Source of the DNA: Candidatus Bathyarchaeota archaeon
Lineage (GTDB): Archaea; Thermoproteota; Bathyarchaeia; TCS64
Direction of reading: 5' to 3'
Length of the DNA: 64,000 nt
NCBI GenBank assembly: GCA_963771885.1
Contig: CAVYVF010000023.1
Coordinates: 832,001-896,000, forward strand
The notes beneath the pieces were generated by a model, which saw only the letters and a list, made by a program, of their open reading frames with translations, searched no databases and was not told the DNA's origin. Positions 37,669 to 47,439 of the stretch are shown here, piece by piece (position 1 is the stretch's first letter; the number at the start of each line of letters is the position of its first letter). The position numbers and the translations under genes are program-made.

Positions 37669-38817
37669 CTACCCATCGCCCTGTTTTCTGAGGCGCGCCG
37701 AGGCTGGGATTATAAGTAGTGTGACTAGGCCGAGGCCCACGTACGTGGCGGAGACCGGGTAGGTCTGGCTGACGTAGCCCGCGAGTATGGGGCTGACGCA
37801 GGTGAAGGCGCCGTAGATGCACTCGTAGAAGCTCATCGTGGCGCCGAGGCTGCCGTGGGGTGAACCGCGTGCGATGTAGCTAGCGATGATTGGCTCTATC
37901 ACGCCGTTGCCGACGCCGAAGAGCAGCATAGGGAGTAGGAAGTCGAGGGCGGAGGAGGCGTAGGCGACGCCGACTAGGCTCAGGGCGAGGGTCACGGAGC
38001 CGGCGAGCATTCCCCTCCTGACGCCGAGTGCGACGACGCGCTCCGAGTAGAAGAAGCCGACGCCTTTCACCGCACTGTTGAGGGCGAGAAGGAAGCCGAT
38101 GACGGTGGCGCTGAGGCCCCTCTCAGCCATGTAGCCGGGGAGGATGTAGAAGTAGATGCCCAGCCCGAGGGCGTATGGTATCATAGTTATGTACGCCCAC
38201 TTGAGCGAGCCGACGGCGGAGAAGTCGAACTTTATCACATCCGAGCCCGAGTCGAGCCGGATCCTCCTCGCCATCACGACGTTGACGGCTAGGCCAGCGA
38301 GCATGAAGACCGTGAGCATCCCCCAGAGTGTCGCGTAGCCGTATGAGTCGGCGATCCAACCCCCAGCGAGTGGGCCTATTACGAAGCCGAGTATCCAGCT
38401 CAGGTTGTATCGCCCGATGGCGTGGGTCAGCAACTCGGGCGGCGCGAGATCAGCCGTAATCGCCCCCGCAGCGGCCCAGAAGGCGCCACCGGCAACACCG
38501 ATGAGTATCCTAGCTATGAACATCTGCTGGACGTCAGTGACGAAGATGAAGTAGACGAGGCAAGCCGTCGAGATGACGTTGAAGGCGAGGTAGAGGCGCA
38601 CCTTCTCAAACCTGTCGAGGAGGGCACCCGCAACGAGCGTCACCACCGTGTAGACCGCCGCTGCAGCGGTACCCATGAGGCCAATCTCGAGGAGTGTGGC
38701 GCCGAGGTTCTCCGCCTGGACGGCGGCGAGCATCATCGGCGTGCCGATCGCGGTCGCGACGAGGAAGACGGAGGCATACAGGAGCCTTAGAAGCCCGCGT
38801 CGATCCTCGCTAGACAT
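37669..38817 (-). CDS. MFS transporter
   Basis: About 12 TM helices, G.L.DR motif, GFVIGPLAGG. Confidence 0.88.
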   Translation of the reverse strand: MSSEDRRGLLRLLYASVFLVATAIGTPMMLAAVQAENLGATLLEIGLMGTAAAAVYTVVTLVAGALLDRFEKVRLYLAFNVISTACLVYFIFVTDVQQMFIARILIGVAGGAFWAAAGAITADLAPPELLTHAIGRYNLSWILGFVIGPLAGGWIADSYGYATLWGMLTVFMLAGLAVNVVMARRIRLDSGSDVIKFDFSAVGSLKWAYITMIPYALGLGIYFYILPGYMAERGLSATVIGFLLALNSAVKGVGFFYSERVVALGVRRGMLAGSVTLALSLVGVAYASSALDFLLPMLLFGVGNGVIEPIIASYIARGSPHGSLGATMSFYECIYGAFTCVSPILAGYVSQTYPVSATYVGLGLVTLLIIPASARLRKQGDG

Positions 38818-38851
38818 GGCGTTGAACGCTATCGTCGGAAACCGGATAAAC

Positions 38852-39685
38852 CTACGCCTCGATGAGGCGGGGTTCATCGCCTTTCCGGGGACCCTTTATG
38901 ACTATGTCGTCATCGAGTGTGATGGTCATGCCGTCAGCGGCAGATACTACCGGGATACCTGACTTCTCTTGGAGCCACGCCGCATCCTTCGCGGGGTCGG
39001 CGTTGAGCATTTTTATGCCATAGTGGGTTGTGACGGCGCACATCGGTTTAGCCTCCTCGATGACCCTGAGCGCGTCGTCCGTGCACATGTGGCCGACAAG
39101 TGGGCTGCCCCGGGGCCACATCGTGCCCAGTATGAGCATCCTGCATCCTCTAAGGGCCTCGCCGAGACCAGGGTACGCCTCGGTGTCACTCGTGTAGCCG
39201 AGGGCTCCGACGTTGGGCACCTCTAACTTGAGTAAAATCGCATCGTCGTCGCCGTGTATCGCCCTAAGTGCCTTGAAGTCGAGTTCGCCGATGGAGAAAC
39301 GTGATCCGGGGACGAGTACCTCCACTTTTCCGGCGAGGCGCTGGTGGTATCTGCTGACGCTTGGGTCGAGGTCATTTCCGCCTTGGAGGACGCTCTTGGC
39401 AGCGGCGAGTATGCCCCGTTTTCTTGTCGTCCCACCGGTCATAGCCTCGACGAGCACCTCTGCGTCCGTGTAGTGGTCGGGGTGACAGTGGGTGACGACG
39501 ACGCCGTCGAGCTTCATCGGGTTGAGCCCTCCGTAGATGCTGTGGACGAGGGCGCCTGGGCCGGGGTCAACATGTACCTGCGTGTCACCGTGCTCGAGCC
39601 TTATACCGGCTGTCCTGCGCCTCTGCGTGCACATGGTATGGCGCCCGCCGCCGGTGCCGAGGAAGTGGATAGTGAGCGGCTCCAT
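38852..39685 (-). CDS. MBL-fold metallo-hydrolase
   Basis: FLGTGGGR, VDPGPG, THCHPDH, YTSDT, THYG. Confidence 0.9.
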   Translation of the reverse strand: MEPLTIHFLGTGGGRHTMCTQRRRTAGIRLEHGDTQVHVDPGPGALVHSIYGGLNPMKLDGVVVTHCHPDHYTDAEVLVEAMTGGTTRKRGILAAAKSVLQGGNDLDPSVSRYHQRLAGKVEVLVPGSRFSIGELDFKALRAIHGDDDAILLKLEVPNVGALGYTSDTEAYPGLGEALRGCRMLILGTMWPRGSPLVGHMCTDDALRVIEEAKPMCAVTTHYGIKMLNADPAKDAAWLQEKSGIPVVSAADGMTITLDDDIVIKGPRKGDEPRLIEA

Positions 39686-39747
39686 GGGGGAGGCGTGTCG
39701 GGGGAGAGTTAAATATTTAACAGGGAGGCGCATCCAAAAAGGGTGCC

Positions 39748-39825
39748 GGGCCCGTGGCCTAGTTAGGCTAAGGCGTCTGACTGATAATCAGAAGATCAAG
39801 AGTTCAAATCTCTTCGGGCCCACCA
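39748..39825 (+). tRNA. tRNA-Ile(GAT)
   Basis: GGGCCCG...TCTGA-CT-GAT-AA-TCAGA...GTTCAAATC...CGGGCCC-A-CCA. Confidence 0.95.
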
Positions 39826-39915
39826 TTCCTAATATATACTTTTTTTCAACCCTATCTTTCGCAGTGTGAGTCTAGACACATTATAAAGCGCTGGGGTGAT
39901 CACTTACCGATTATC

Positions 39916-40227
39916 ATGGCGAAGAGAGGGCCATCGGAACACATCATAGAGAATGTAGATACTGCGACTCCCACTGGCTTAAGCTTCAGGGCATTTCTCG
40001 ACAACATCGACGCGGACGCTGTGTGCGAAAAGTGCGGAGGCCTACCATACGATATAGTCTTCAGCCACCAAGGAACCCTCTACAAGTTCTGCCTCTACAA
40101 GATACAGAAGGGAAAAGAGGTGCTCGCGGAGACCGACTACGAGAAGCTCTACGAGTACACGAGGAAGGACGGGCCGATGATGGCTGAGAGGCATACGAAG
40201 AGAACTGGTGCTCCCGCCGGGATTTGA
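39916..40227 (+). CDS. Hypothetical protein (CxxC), 3' end overlapping tRNA-Glu antisense
   Basis: 103-aa ORF with native codon style; TATA-like TTATAAA upstream. Confidence 0.55.
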   Translation: MAKRGPSEHIIENVDTATPTGLSFRAFLDNIDADAVCEKCGGLPYDIVFSHQGTLYKFCLYKIQKGKEVLAETDYEKLYEYTRKDGPMMAERHTKRTGAPAGI

Positions 40228-40284
40228 ACCCGGGATCCCCGACTCGAAAGGCCGGTATGCTTGTCCGGTCTACACCACGGGAGC
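40206..40284 (-). tRNA. tRNA-Glu(TTC)
   Basis: Reverse complement GCTCCCG...CCGGC-CT-TTC-GA-GTCGG...GTTCAAATC...CGGGAGC-A-CCA. Confidence 0.95.
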
Positions 40285-40379
40285 GCGCGCAGATGTAAGG
40301 CTCGGCGTCTTTATATCTGTTTTCTAACGGGTGCTCCGGTAGTGTTTTTATATCCTCTGATGGGTTTTCTGTGTTGCGT

Positions 40380-40457
40380 GGGCCCGTAGCTCAGTTTGGC
40401 TAGAGCACCCGGCTCATAACCGGGGGGTCATGGGTTCAAGTCCCTTCGGGCCCACCA
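40380..40457 (+). tRNA. tRNA with CAT anticodon, most likely tRNA-Ile2 (agmatidine-modified)
   Basis: CCCGG-CT-CAT-AA-CCGGG; acceptor stem GGGCCCG identical to the tRNA-Ile(GAT) at 39748. Confidence 0.9.
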
Positions 40458-40497
40458 CTGACTCATAAGTTACCCGATTCTAATTGGATTTTTTCTC

Positions 40498-43188
40498 CTA
40501 TAGTGGGCGTAGTATTTCCAGTAGTTCGCGTTTTGTCCAGAACTTTTCACCCTCGAGCTCGGAGTCTATGACGACGTTTATGATGCCGCGCTTACGCTTA
40601 ATGAGGGCGTCTATCTTCTCCTCCAGGGTGTTCTGGACGAGTATCTTGTGGACGTAGACGGTTCGAGTCTGGCCTATTCGGTGGACGCGGTCGGTGGCCT
40701 GGTCCTCGACAGCCGGGCTGAACCAGTTATCGACGTGGATCACGTGGTTGGCGGCGGCTAAGTTGATACCGTGACCCGAGGCGAGGACGCTGCAGAGCGC
40801 CGCGGTGTAGCCTCCACCGTTGAAGGCGTCGATCAGCCCCTGGCGGTCCCGGGTCTGCCCGTCTATCCTGATGTAGCGGAGTCCTGCCTCGCCAAGGACG
40901 CGCTCAAGGAGGTTCAACGTCCCGAGGAAGTTGGTGAAGACGACGCAACTCTCCCCCGCCTCATGTATCTCCTGTATCTTCTCGACGACGAGGTCGAACT
41001 TCTCCGACCTGCCGAGCGGCGGGTCCCAAGCGTCGTTCGCCATAGCGGGGTGGTCGCATAGCTGGCGCAGCTTCATGATGACTGGGAGTATGCTGTCCAC
41101 GTAGCCCACGTACTGGCCCGAGAGTAGGCGCTCCTCCATCGGTTTGACCTCAGCCTCCTGTATCCGTTTGTAGAGGAGCTTCTGCTCGCCGGAAAGCTCG
41201 ACCCAGTACCTCATCTCTACCTTCGGGGGAAGGTCTTTTGCGACCTGTTCCTTCTTACGGCGGAGGATGAAGGGCTTGACGCGGCGCTTCAGCTCCGCAG
41301 TTTTATCCTTGTCCCCCTCGAAGATGGGCTTCTCGAAGACGTGCTGGAACTCGCTGTAGGTGCCGAGGTGGTCGCGCATGAGGAAGTCGAAGAGGCTCCA
41401 GAGCTCGGCGGGGCGGTTCTCAATGGGTGTGCCGCTGAGGCTGAGCTTGTGGGCGGCGTTCAGCGTCTTTATCGCGGCAGCGCGCTGGGTGCCCGGGTTC
41501 TTGATCTTCGTCCCCTCGTCGAGGACTACGAAGAACCACGCGACCTTACCAAGCTCCTCAGCGTCAGCGACAACAGTATCGTAGCTGCTGATGTACACCG
41601 TGCGTCTGCCCGTGGGCGGGTCAAGTTTCCTGTTCTGCCCATGGTAGATGTTGACGTCGATGCCTCTCCCGAAGACTGCCCTTATCTCGTTCTCCCAGTG
41701 CCGAATCACGGCGACGGGGCAGATCATGAGGCTCGGCTCAGTCGAGCCAGATTGTTCATACATGCAGCGCATCGAGGCGAGGCTTTGCAGCGTCTTGCCT
41801 AGGCCCATGTCGTCGGCGAGGAGGCCATGGAGGTTGTGGCTGAAGAGCCAGTTGAGCCACTGGATGCCGGTGCGCTGGTAGGGGAAGAGGCTCCTCCCGC
41901 TCTTCTCTAGCTGTTTCTCGATCTCCTCGGGGAGGCGGTAAGTCTCGTCGGTGCGGAAGTCGGTTATCTGGTCGAGGAACTGCTGGTACTCTTCGGACGC
42001 CTGCTTAAGGCCGCCGAGGTTCTCGATGAACTCCTCGAGGGTCTTGTAGGCGTGGAGTCCGAGGCGGTAACCCTTCTCTGTCTTGCGTGCGCCTAGGCCC
42101 TTGAGGCGCTGCTCATTCTCTGCCTTGCGCCGCTCGACCTTCCTGACCCATGTATAGTTGTCCGATTTTATGTACCCGCCATCATTGCTCTGGGGCAGCC
42201 CCGGGGTGTCCGTCTTGGGGTCGTAGACTATGTTAAAGTCTAGCCAGCCGGGCTCCTCATAGCTGATGAGGACGGTGGGAGGCTGATCCTCCTCGATGAT
42301 CGTGACCTTCCTCGCCCCGTCGGTGAGCACAGCGTTAAAGCTGCTCTTGAGTAGGACGAGGTCACGCAGGAAGAACTCGGGTATGTCCCCGAGGGGTACG
42401 CCCCTCTCGGCGAGTGTTAGAGCCCTCTGAGACGCCTCGTCGAGGAGGTAGTATTCATCGTCGACTTTTAGGTAACCTGAGCCGCGCTGAACTGATGAGG
42501 GTGGTAAAGGGTTTCCGCTCTGGTCCTCGAACTCAGGTTTAACCGTGACACCTTTTGCAGGGTCGTAATCGACTGTGAGCATACTAATGGGGCTACCTGT
42601 CCGGGTCCGTATTCCACGGCTGCGTTGCGTCTCGTTGACCTTTAGGAGTCTGCGTAGGCTCTGGAGGGAGGCGGGGTTGAAGGCGAAAAAAATATCCCCC
42701 GCCTTGTAGACGGGCTTCAGGCTGAGTATGCTCTTGTAGACGCTGATGCTCTCAGGGGTAACGATCTTGGTGCCCCTGTCCGTCTTTGCATTGCCGGCTT
42801 CGATGTCTACTCCTGCTGCGTCTATTCGCTTGCCCTCTGCCTTTATGCTTATGATGTGGTTACTCGACTCATCGGTGTCGAGAGTGAACTGCAGGTCGAG
42901 CCCTCTTTCCCTCGGCGCCTTATCCTGGGATAGCTCGACGAGTAGGTCGCGGAAGTTCTGGGTGGGTCTTCTACGTGGGTCTTCGATTGCGACGGCGTTA
43001 TCGCAGGGTGTCTGGCACCTAATGACTGTCTCGCTCCCCCGCATCCAATACATGTATCGCCTCTTGCACCTGATGCACCGTTCCCTGATTCGGGGAATGA
43101 TAGTCTTTGGTGCTAGGTCGGGGGGCATCTCAGGGTAGACCCAGTGAGGCTCGTTAAAAACCGTACGGAGCAGAGCTGGCGAGGACAA
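40498..43188 (-). CDS. SNF2-family helicase/ATPase with long N-terminal region
   Basis: LADDMGLGKT, VVLDEG..IKN, SGTPIEN, LRQLCDHP, QATDRVHRIGQ. Confidence 0.92.
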   Translation of the reverse strand: MSSPALLRTVFNEPHWVYPEMPPDLAPKTIIPRIRERCIRCKRRYMYWMRGSETVIRCQTPCDNAVAIEDPRRRPTQNFRDLLVELSQDKAPRERGLDLQFTLDTDESSNHIISIKAEGKRIDAAGVDIEAGNAKTDRGTKIVTPESISVYKSILSLKPVYKAGDIFFAFNPASLQSLRRLLKVNETQRSRGIRTRTGSPISMLTVDYDPAKGVTVKPEFEDQSGNPLPPSSVQRGSGYLKVDDEYYLLDEASQRALTLAERGVPLGDIPEFFLRDLVLLKSSFNAVLTDGARKVTIIEEDQPPTVLISYEEPGWLDFNIVYDPKTDTPGLPQSNDGGYIKSDNYTWVRKVERRKAENEQRLKGLGARKTEKGYRLGLHAYKTLEEFIENLGGLKQASEEYQQFLDQITDFRTDETYRLPEEIEKQLEKSGRSLFPYQRTGIQWLNWLFSHNLHGLLADDMGLGKTLQSLASMRCMYEQSGSTEPSLMICPVAVIRHWENEIRAVFGRGIDVNIYHGQNRKLDPPTGRRTVYISSYDTVVADAEELGKVAWFFVVLDEGTKIKNPGTQRAAAIKTLNAAHKLSLSGTPIENRPAELWSLFDFLMRDHLGTYSEFQHVFEKPIFEGDKDKTAELKRRVKPFILRRKKEQVAKDLPPKVEMRYWVELSGEQKLLYKRIQEAEVKPMEERLLSGQYVGYVDSILPVIMKLRQLCDHPAMANDAWDPPLGRSEKFDLVVEKIQEIHEAGESCVVFTNFLGTLNLLERVLGEAGLRYIRIDGQTRDRQGLIDAFNGGGYTAALCSVLASGHGINLAAANHVIHVDNWFSPAVEDQATDRVHRIGQTRTVYVHKILVQNTLEEKIDALIKRKRGIINVVIDSELEGEKFWTKRELLEILRPL

Positions 43189-43312
43189 TAAATGTGCTCA
43201 AATAAACCTAGGTCTAGCAGTCAGGATTTACAGAAAGACTTTAAACCGGGCTCCGCATCTCCATGCGTGAATCCCCCGGAACGGGGGGCAATGACTCTCA
43301 GAGTGTTCAACC

Positions 43313-44177
43313 ATGAGCGAAGAGAACAAGCCCATCGAAACGCCATCGGAGAAGCCAGTCGAGGAGCCGAAAGTAGAGGCGCCAGCAGCCGAGGCGAAGG
43401 TCGAGGAACCAGTCGCCGAGGCGGCGGTGCCTGCAGAGGCACCCGCACCGGCAGCAGAGGAAAAGCCCGCTGAGGAGCCCCGTATTAGAGGGCGCCGTGA
43501 ACAAGGGCGACTTCGTCCTCATGGAGATGACGGGCAAGGCCGAGGAGACCGGCGAGGTATTCGACACAACGAACGAGGAAATCGCCAAGGAGAAGGGCAT
43601 TCACCGCGAGGGCAATACATACGGCCCACGCCTCGTCGTCGTCGGCGAGGGATGGGTCCTACGCGGACTCGACGCCCGCCTACGCGGCATAAAGCCAAAC
43701 GAGCAGACCGCCATCGAGGTCCCGCCAGCCGAAGCATTCGGCGAGCGCGACCCCTCACAGGTACAGCTAATCCCCTTCCGCATCCTTCGCAGCAAGGGCA
43801 TCAACCCCGTCCCCGGCGCGGAGCTTGAGATCGACGGCCGCCAAGCCATCATCCGCAGCGTCGGCGCCGGCCGTGTCCAGGTAGACTACAACCACCCGCT
43901 CGCGGGCAGGAAGATCGTCTACGATGTAAAGGTGACGGAGATCATCGAGGAGGAGAAGGCGAAGGTCAAGGCCCTCATAGGGCGCCGCTTCACCGGCATC
44001 GACGCCGAGAAGTTCGGCCAGAAGATGGGTAAGAAGAAGATGGCCGTCACGATCCCCGACGAGATATTCTTCGGCGAGAACATACAGATCGCCAAGAGGG
44101 GCCTCGCGATGGACATCCTCAAGTTCTTCCCCGAGCTCGAGGACGTCGAGTTCCTGGAAATCGTTAAGCGCGCTTAG
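43313..44177 (+). CDS. Long-type FKBP peptidyl-prolyl isomerase (SlyD-like) with acidic N-terminal extension; frameshift in C run at ~43478-43481
   Basis: KGDFV...GEVFDTT, PPAEAFGERD, VDYNHPLAG; upstream ORF 43313 joins by removing one C. Confidence 0.88.
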
Positions 44178-44200
44178 GCACCTTTTTCATCGGTGAACCG

Positions 44201-45398
44201 ATGGGCTCCGACGCTCTAGTTGTTGGCGCGGGGCCCGCGGGACTTATTAGCAGCTAAAGAGATCGCGTCTAAGGGTTTCTCTGTCAAGCTTCTGGAAGAG
44301 CACAAGCAGATCGGCGTACCATGCCACTGCGCGGGGCTAGTAAGCGTCGAGGGACTAGCGAGAATCGGCGTCGAGGTTTCAAGCGACTTCGTCCAGAACG
44401 AGGTCTACGGCGGCAAGATTTTCTCCCCAGACGGGCAGTGCATCGAGGTCAGGGACAGGCGCCCGAGGGCATACGTCATAGCGCGGGCAGGCTTTGACCA
44501 GCATCTCGCGGAGCAGGCGACGGACGCAGGTGCCGAGATCGTGCCGGGTAGAAGAGTCGAGAGGCTCACGACCACAGGCGATGTCTTCACCGGAGCGTCC
44601 GGCCTCGGGTGGACGGAGGAGGCGAGCATCGTAGTCGACGCTGAGGGGCCTTCTAGGAGGCTCGCTAAGCAGGCAGGGATCTTAAACCACAGGCGCGAGC
44701 CGCTGCTCGGTGTAAACACCGAGGTGGAGACCAGCGTCGATCCCGAGATGGTTGAGGTCTGGTTCGGAGGTGAGACCGCCCCCGGCTTCTTCGCGTGGGT
44801 GATACCTACATCCGACGAGCAGACGCGGGTCGGACTCGCAGCCTCAGAGGGCGACCCGATGAAGCTCCTCGCGAGATTCATTGAGAAGCGCTTCGGCGAC
44901 GCCAAGTACCCGTCTCCAAGGGCGGGGCAGGTTCTAGTCGACGGTCCTGTCGCAAGGACGTCGTATCCAGGGCTTCTCCTCGTCGGCGATGCAGCGGGGC
45001 ACGTGAAGCCAACGACTGGCGGCGGAGTAGTGTTGGGCGGCCTCTGCGCCATCGAGGCGGGGAAGACCGCGGTGAAGGCACTGGAATCGAGGAATATGGA
45101 AGCGCTTTCCGAATACGACCAAGCGTGGAGGAGCATATACGGTTCTGAGTTCAGGAGCATGCAGTCTTTGAGAAACCTCGCCGACAGGCTCTCCGACGCC
45201 CGCATGAACAGGCTCTTCCGAGCCTTCAACAATGCGAGCCTAATTGCGAGGGTCAATGAACTCGTCGCCGAGGGGGACATGGACCTGCAGGATGGTGTCA
45301 TAAGGCGCGGCCTCAGCGAGCCACGCCTCGTCAAGGCGGCGATCGGCGGCTTTGGCAGGCTCGCCCTTGACGAGCTCAGGAGCCTAGTCAACCTTTAA
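44201..45398 (+). CDS. Geranylgeranyl reductase family flavoprotein; frameshift at ~44243
   Basis: MGSDALVVGAGPAG from ATG 44201, then HCAG, DAEG, FAWVIP, VGDAAG..KP.TGGG. Confidence 0.9.
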
Positions 45399-45432
45399 AT
45401 ATCGAGCCAAACTTGTATCTGGGCTGATAAGT

Positions 45433-45594
45433 ATGTCCACATGCATCTCCTGTGGCAGGAAGGTCGCTCCCGAGGAGAAGGCCGTTAAGATGAACTGCCC
45501 CAACTGCGGCGCCGTCACAATCTGGCGCTGCGAGAAGTGCCGTCTCTTTGGCCGCACCTACAAGTGCCCCGCCTGCGGATTCCAGGGCCCATAA
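45433..45594 (+). CDS. Small zinc-finger protein (DUF1610/HVO_2753-like), 53 aa, absent from ORF track
   Basis: MSTCISCG...CPNCG...IWRCEKCR...YKCPACGFQGP. Confidence 0.88.
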   Translation: MSTCISCGRKVAPEEKAVKMNCPNCGAVTIWRCEKCRLFGRTYKCPACGFQGP

Positions 45595-45727
45595 ACAATT
45601 AATCGACGTTCTAGCCACCGTCATTATTTTAATGATCATAAATCCTAAAATTCATAAGATACAAAAAATCTTTAAAAAAGCTCCTATAATATGCCGATCT
45701 AAGTAAAGGCGGATGTATTCCCTATGG

Positions 45728-46102
45728 TCACTTCATCAAGGGGAGTCCGCCGGTGATCTTATCTATCTTGTCAGAACGGTCGGGTCCAATCCCTAGAACT
45801 GTTACCGTGCCAGGCGCGACCTCTGTCAGCCCTCTATCTTGAATCATAGAGTTGACGACATTGAGTTCGTCAGCCTTCTGAGCTAGCATCCCCAGCTCCT
45901 TAAGGTCGTCAGCTTGTACAACCACCTTCTTCTGCCCTTCGTCATGCCACTTCTTCCAGGCGGTGTGGTTCTCCTGCTTCGCCTTCTCTACGCAGTCGAC
46001 GGCGGCGTGACAAGCCTGGGCGATGAGCTTACCAGTACTAAGCTTCAGGTCGACTCGTGTGACTATGACGAGCTTGTACTCGAACTGGCTCTGCCTGCTC
46101 AT
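45728..46102 (-). CDS. pth2: Peptidyl-tRNA hydrolase Pth2
   Basis: YKLVIV.R.DLK.S.GK..AQ..HA, GQKKVV, D.G.TEV.PGT.T.LGIGP; ATGA overlap with aspS stop. Confidence 0.93.
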   Translation of the reverse strand: MSRQSQFEYKLVIVTRVDLKLSTGKLIAQACHAAVDCVEKAKQENHTAWKKWHDEGQKKVVVQADDLKELGMLAQKADELNVVNSMIQDRGLTEVAPGTVTVLGIGPDRSDKIDKITGGLPLMK

Positions 46103-47379
46103 GGGGTGAGCCTCTCCCTGTCCCTCGGGAACATGCAGCACTCCCTGATGTTGTCCTTCCCCGTCACGATCATCGTGAGGCGCTCAAGCCCGATGCTCCA
46201 CCCCGCGTGGGGAGGTGCACCGTAGGCGAATGCCTCGGTGTAGCTCTCGAAGTTCTCCGGGTGTAGCCCCTTCTTGCTGATCCTCTCCCTGAGAAGCTCG
46301 GGGATGTGGATGCGCTGCGTCCCGCTGCTGATCTCTATGCCCCCGTAGATGCAGTCGAAGGCGTGAACCATCTCCGGGTTCTCCGGGTAGGGCATCGAGT
46401 AGAACGCCTTCTGCGCTGCGGGCCAGTCCTTTAGGAAGAATGCTTGCTCGCCCACGAGCTCCATCATCCTCTTCTCCTGGGGTTTGGTGAAGTCGTCTCC
46501 CCAGTTGATCTGCTCGCCCGCCTTCTGGAGCATCTCGATCGCCTCCGTGTAGGTGACACGCCTGAAGGGCAGCTTCGGTACTACCAGGTCCCGCCCGAGC
46601 ACCTTGAGCTCCTCGGCGCACTTCTCCTTCACGTCGCTCAGCATGTGGACGAGTATCTTCTCCAGCACCTTCATCACGGTCTCGTCGTCGGCGAACGCCT
46701 GCTCAATGTCCATCTGCCTGATCTCATTAAGGTGAGTCGGCGTGTTGAACTTCTCCGCCCTCCAAACCGGAGTCACCGTGAAGACCTTCTCGAAGCTGAT
46801 GGCGCACATCTGCTTGTATAGCTGCGGGCTCTGCGCGAGGAACGCCTGCTTCTCAAAGTAGGGGAGACCAAAGAGATCGGCGCCGCCTTCGGAGGCGGAG
46901 GAGATTATGCAGGGGTTCTGTATCTCCGTGTAGCCGTTCTCCGTGAGCCAGCCGCGGAAGGTGGCGAGGAGCCTGTTCTGTATCGTGAATATTGCGCGTG
47001 TCTGCGGCGCCCTGAAGTCGAGGAAGCGCCAGTTAAGCCGCGTCTCCAACTCGCTCTGGCTCGTCTCCGCGATGTCTACGGGGAGGGGCTGCTTCGACTT
47101 GTTCACGACCTCGATGCCGTCTGGGAAGAACTCGACGCCCGCGTTGGCGATCTTGCTCTGCTGGGCCTTCCCCGTTACTGCTATGACGTCCTCACGCCCA
47201 AGGCCTTCCTTGGGGTAGAGGTCGAGGTTCTTCACCGTGACCTGGATCTCACCCGTCTTATCCCGCATAACTATGAACTTGATCTTCGCGAGATCACGGG
47301 TTCGCACGACCCAACCCGCGATCGTGACCTGCTCCCCGGCCCTCTGCTTAGCCTCTGCGATGTAGACCCTTTCAAACAC
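46099..47379 (-). CDS. aspS: Aspartate--tRNA ligase (archaeal type, probably non-discriminating)
   Basis: OB fold, R.LD.R, EGGA, LAQSPQLYKQ, EISSG.QRIH, PPHAG..IGLERL, FPRD. Confidence 0.93.
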   Translation of the reverse strand: MFERVYIAEAKQRAGEQVTIAGWVVRTRDLAKIKFIVMRDKTGEIQVTVKNLDLYPKEGLGREDVIAVTGKAQQSKIANAGVEFFPDGIEVVNKSKQPLPVDIAETSQSELETRLNWRFLDFRAPQTRAIFTIQNRLLATFRGWLTENGYTEIQNPCIISSASEGGADLFGLPYFEKQAFLAQSPQLYKQMCAISFEKVFTVTPVWRAEKFNTPTHLNEIRQMDIEQAFADDETVMKVLEKILVHMLSDVKEKCAEELKVLGRDLVVPKLPFRRVTYTEAIEMLQKAGEQINWGDDFTKPQEKRMMELVGEQAFFLKDWPAAQKAFYSMPYPENPEMVHAFDCIYGGIEISSGTQRIHIPELLRERISKKGLHPENFESYTEAFAYGAPPHAGWSIGLERLTMIVTGKDNIRECCMFPRDRERLTP

Positions 47380-47439
47380 GGCGGAAACCCCCTGTAAGCT
47401 ACCCAGCTAGAAGAGGGGTGGGTATAAAAATACTTTCGA

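Noticed and set aside
44405..45391. 328-aa antisense ORF (and many similar antisense ORFs in the track)
   Set aside because: Mirror of a GC-rich coding gene; Ser/Pro-rich with no motifs
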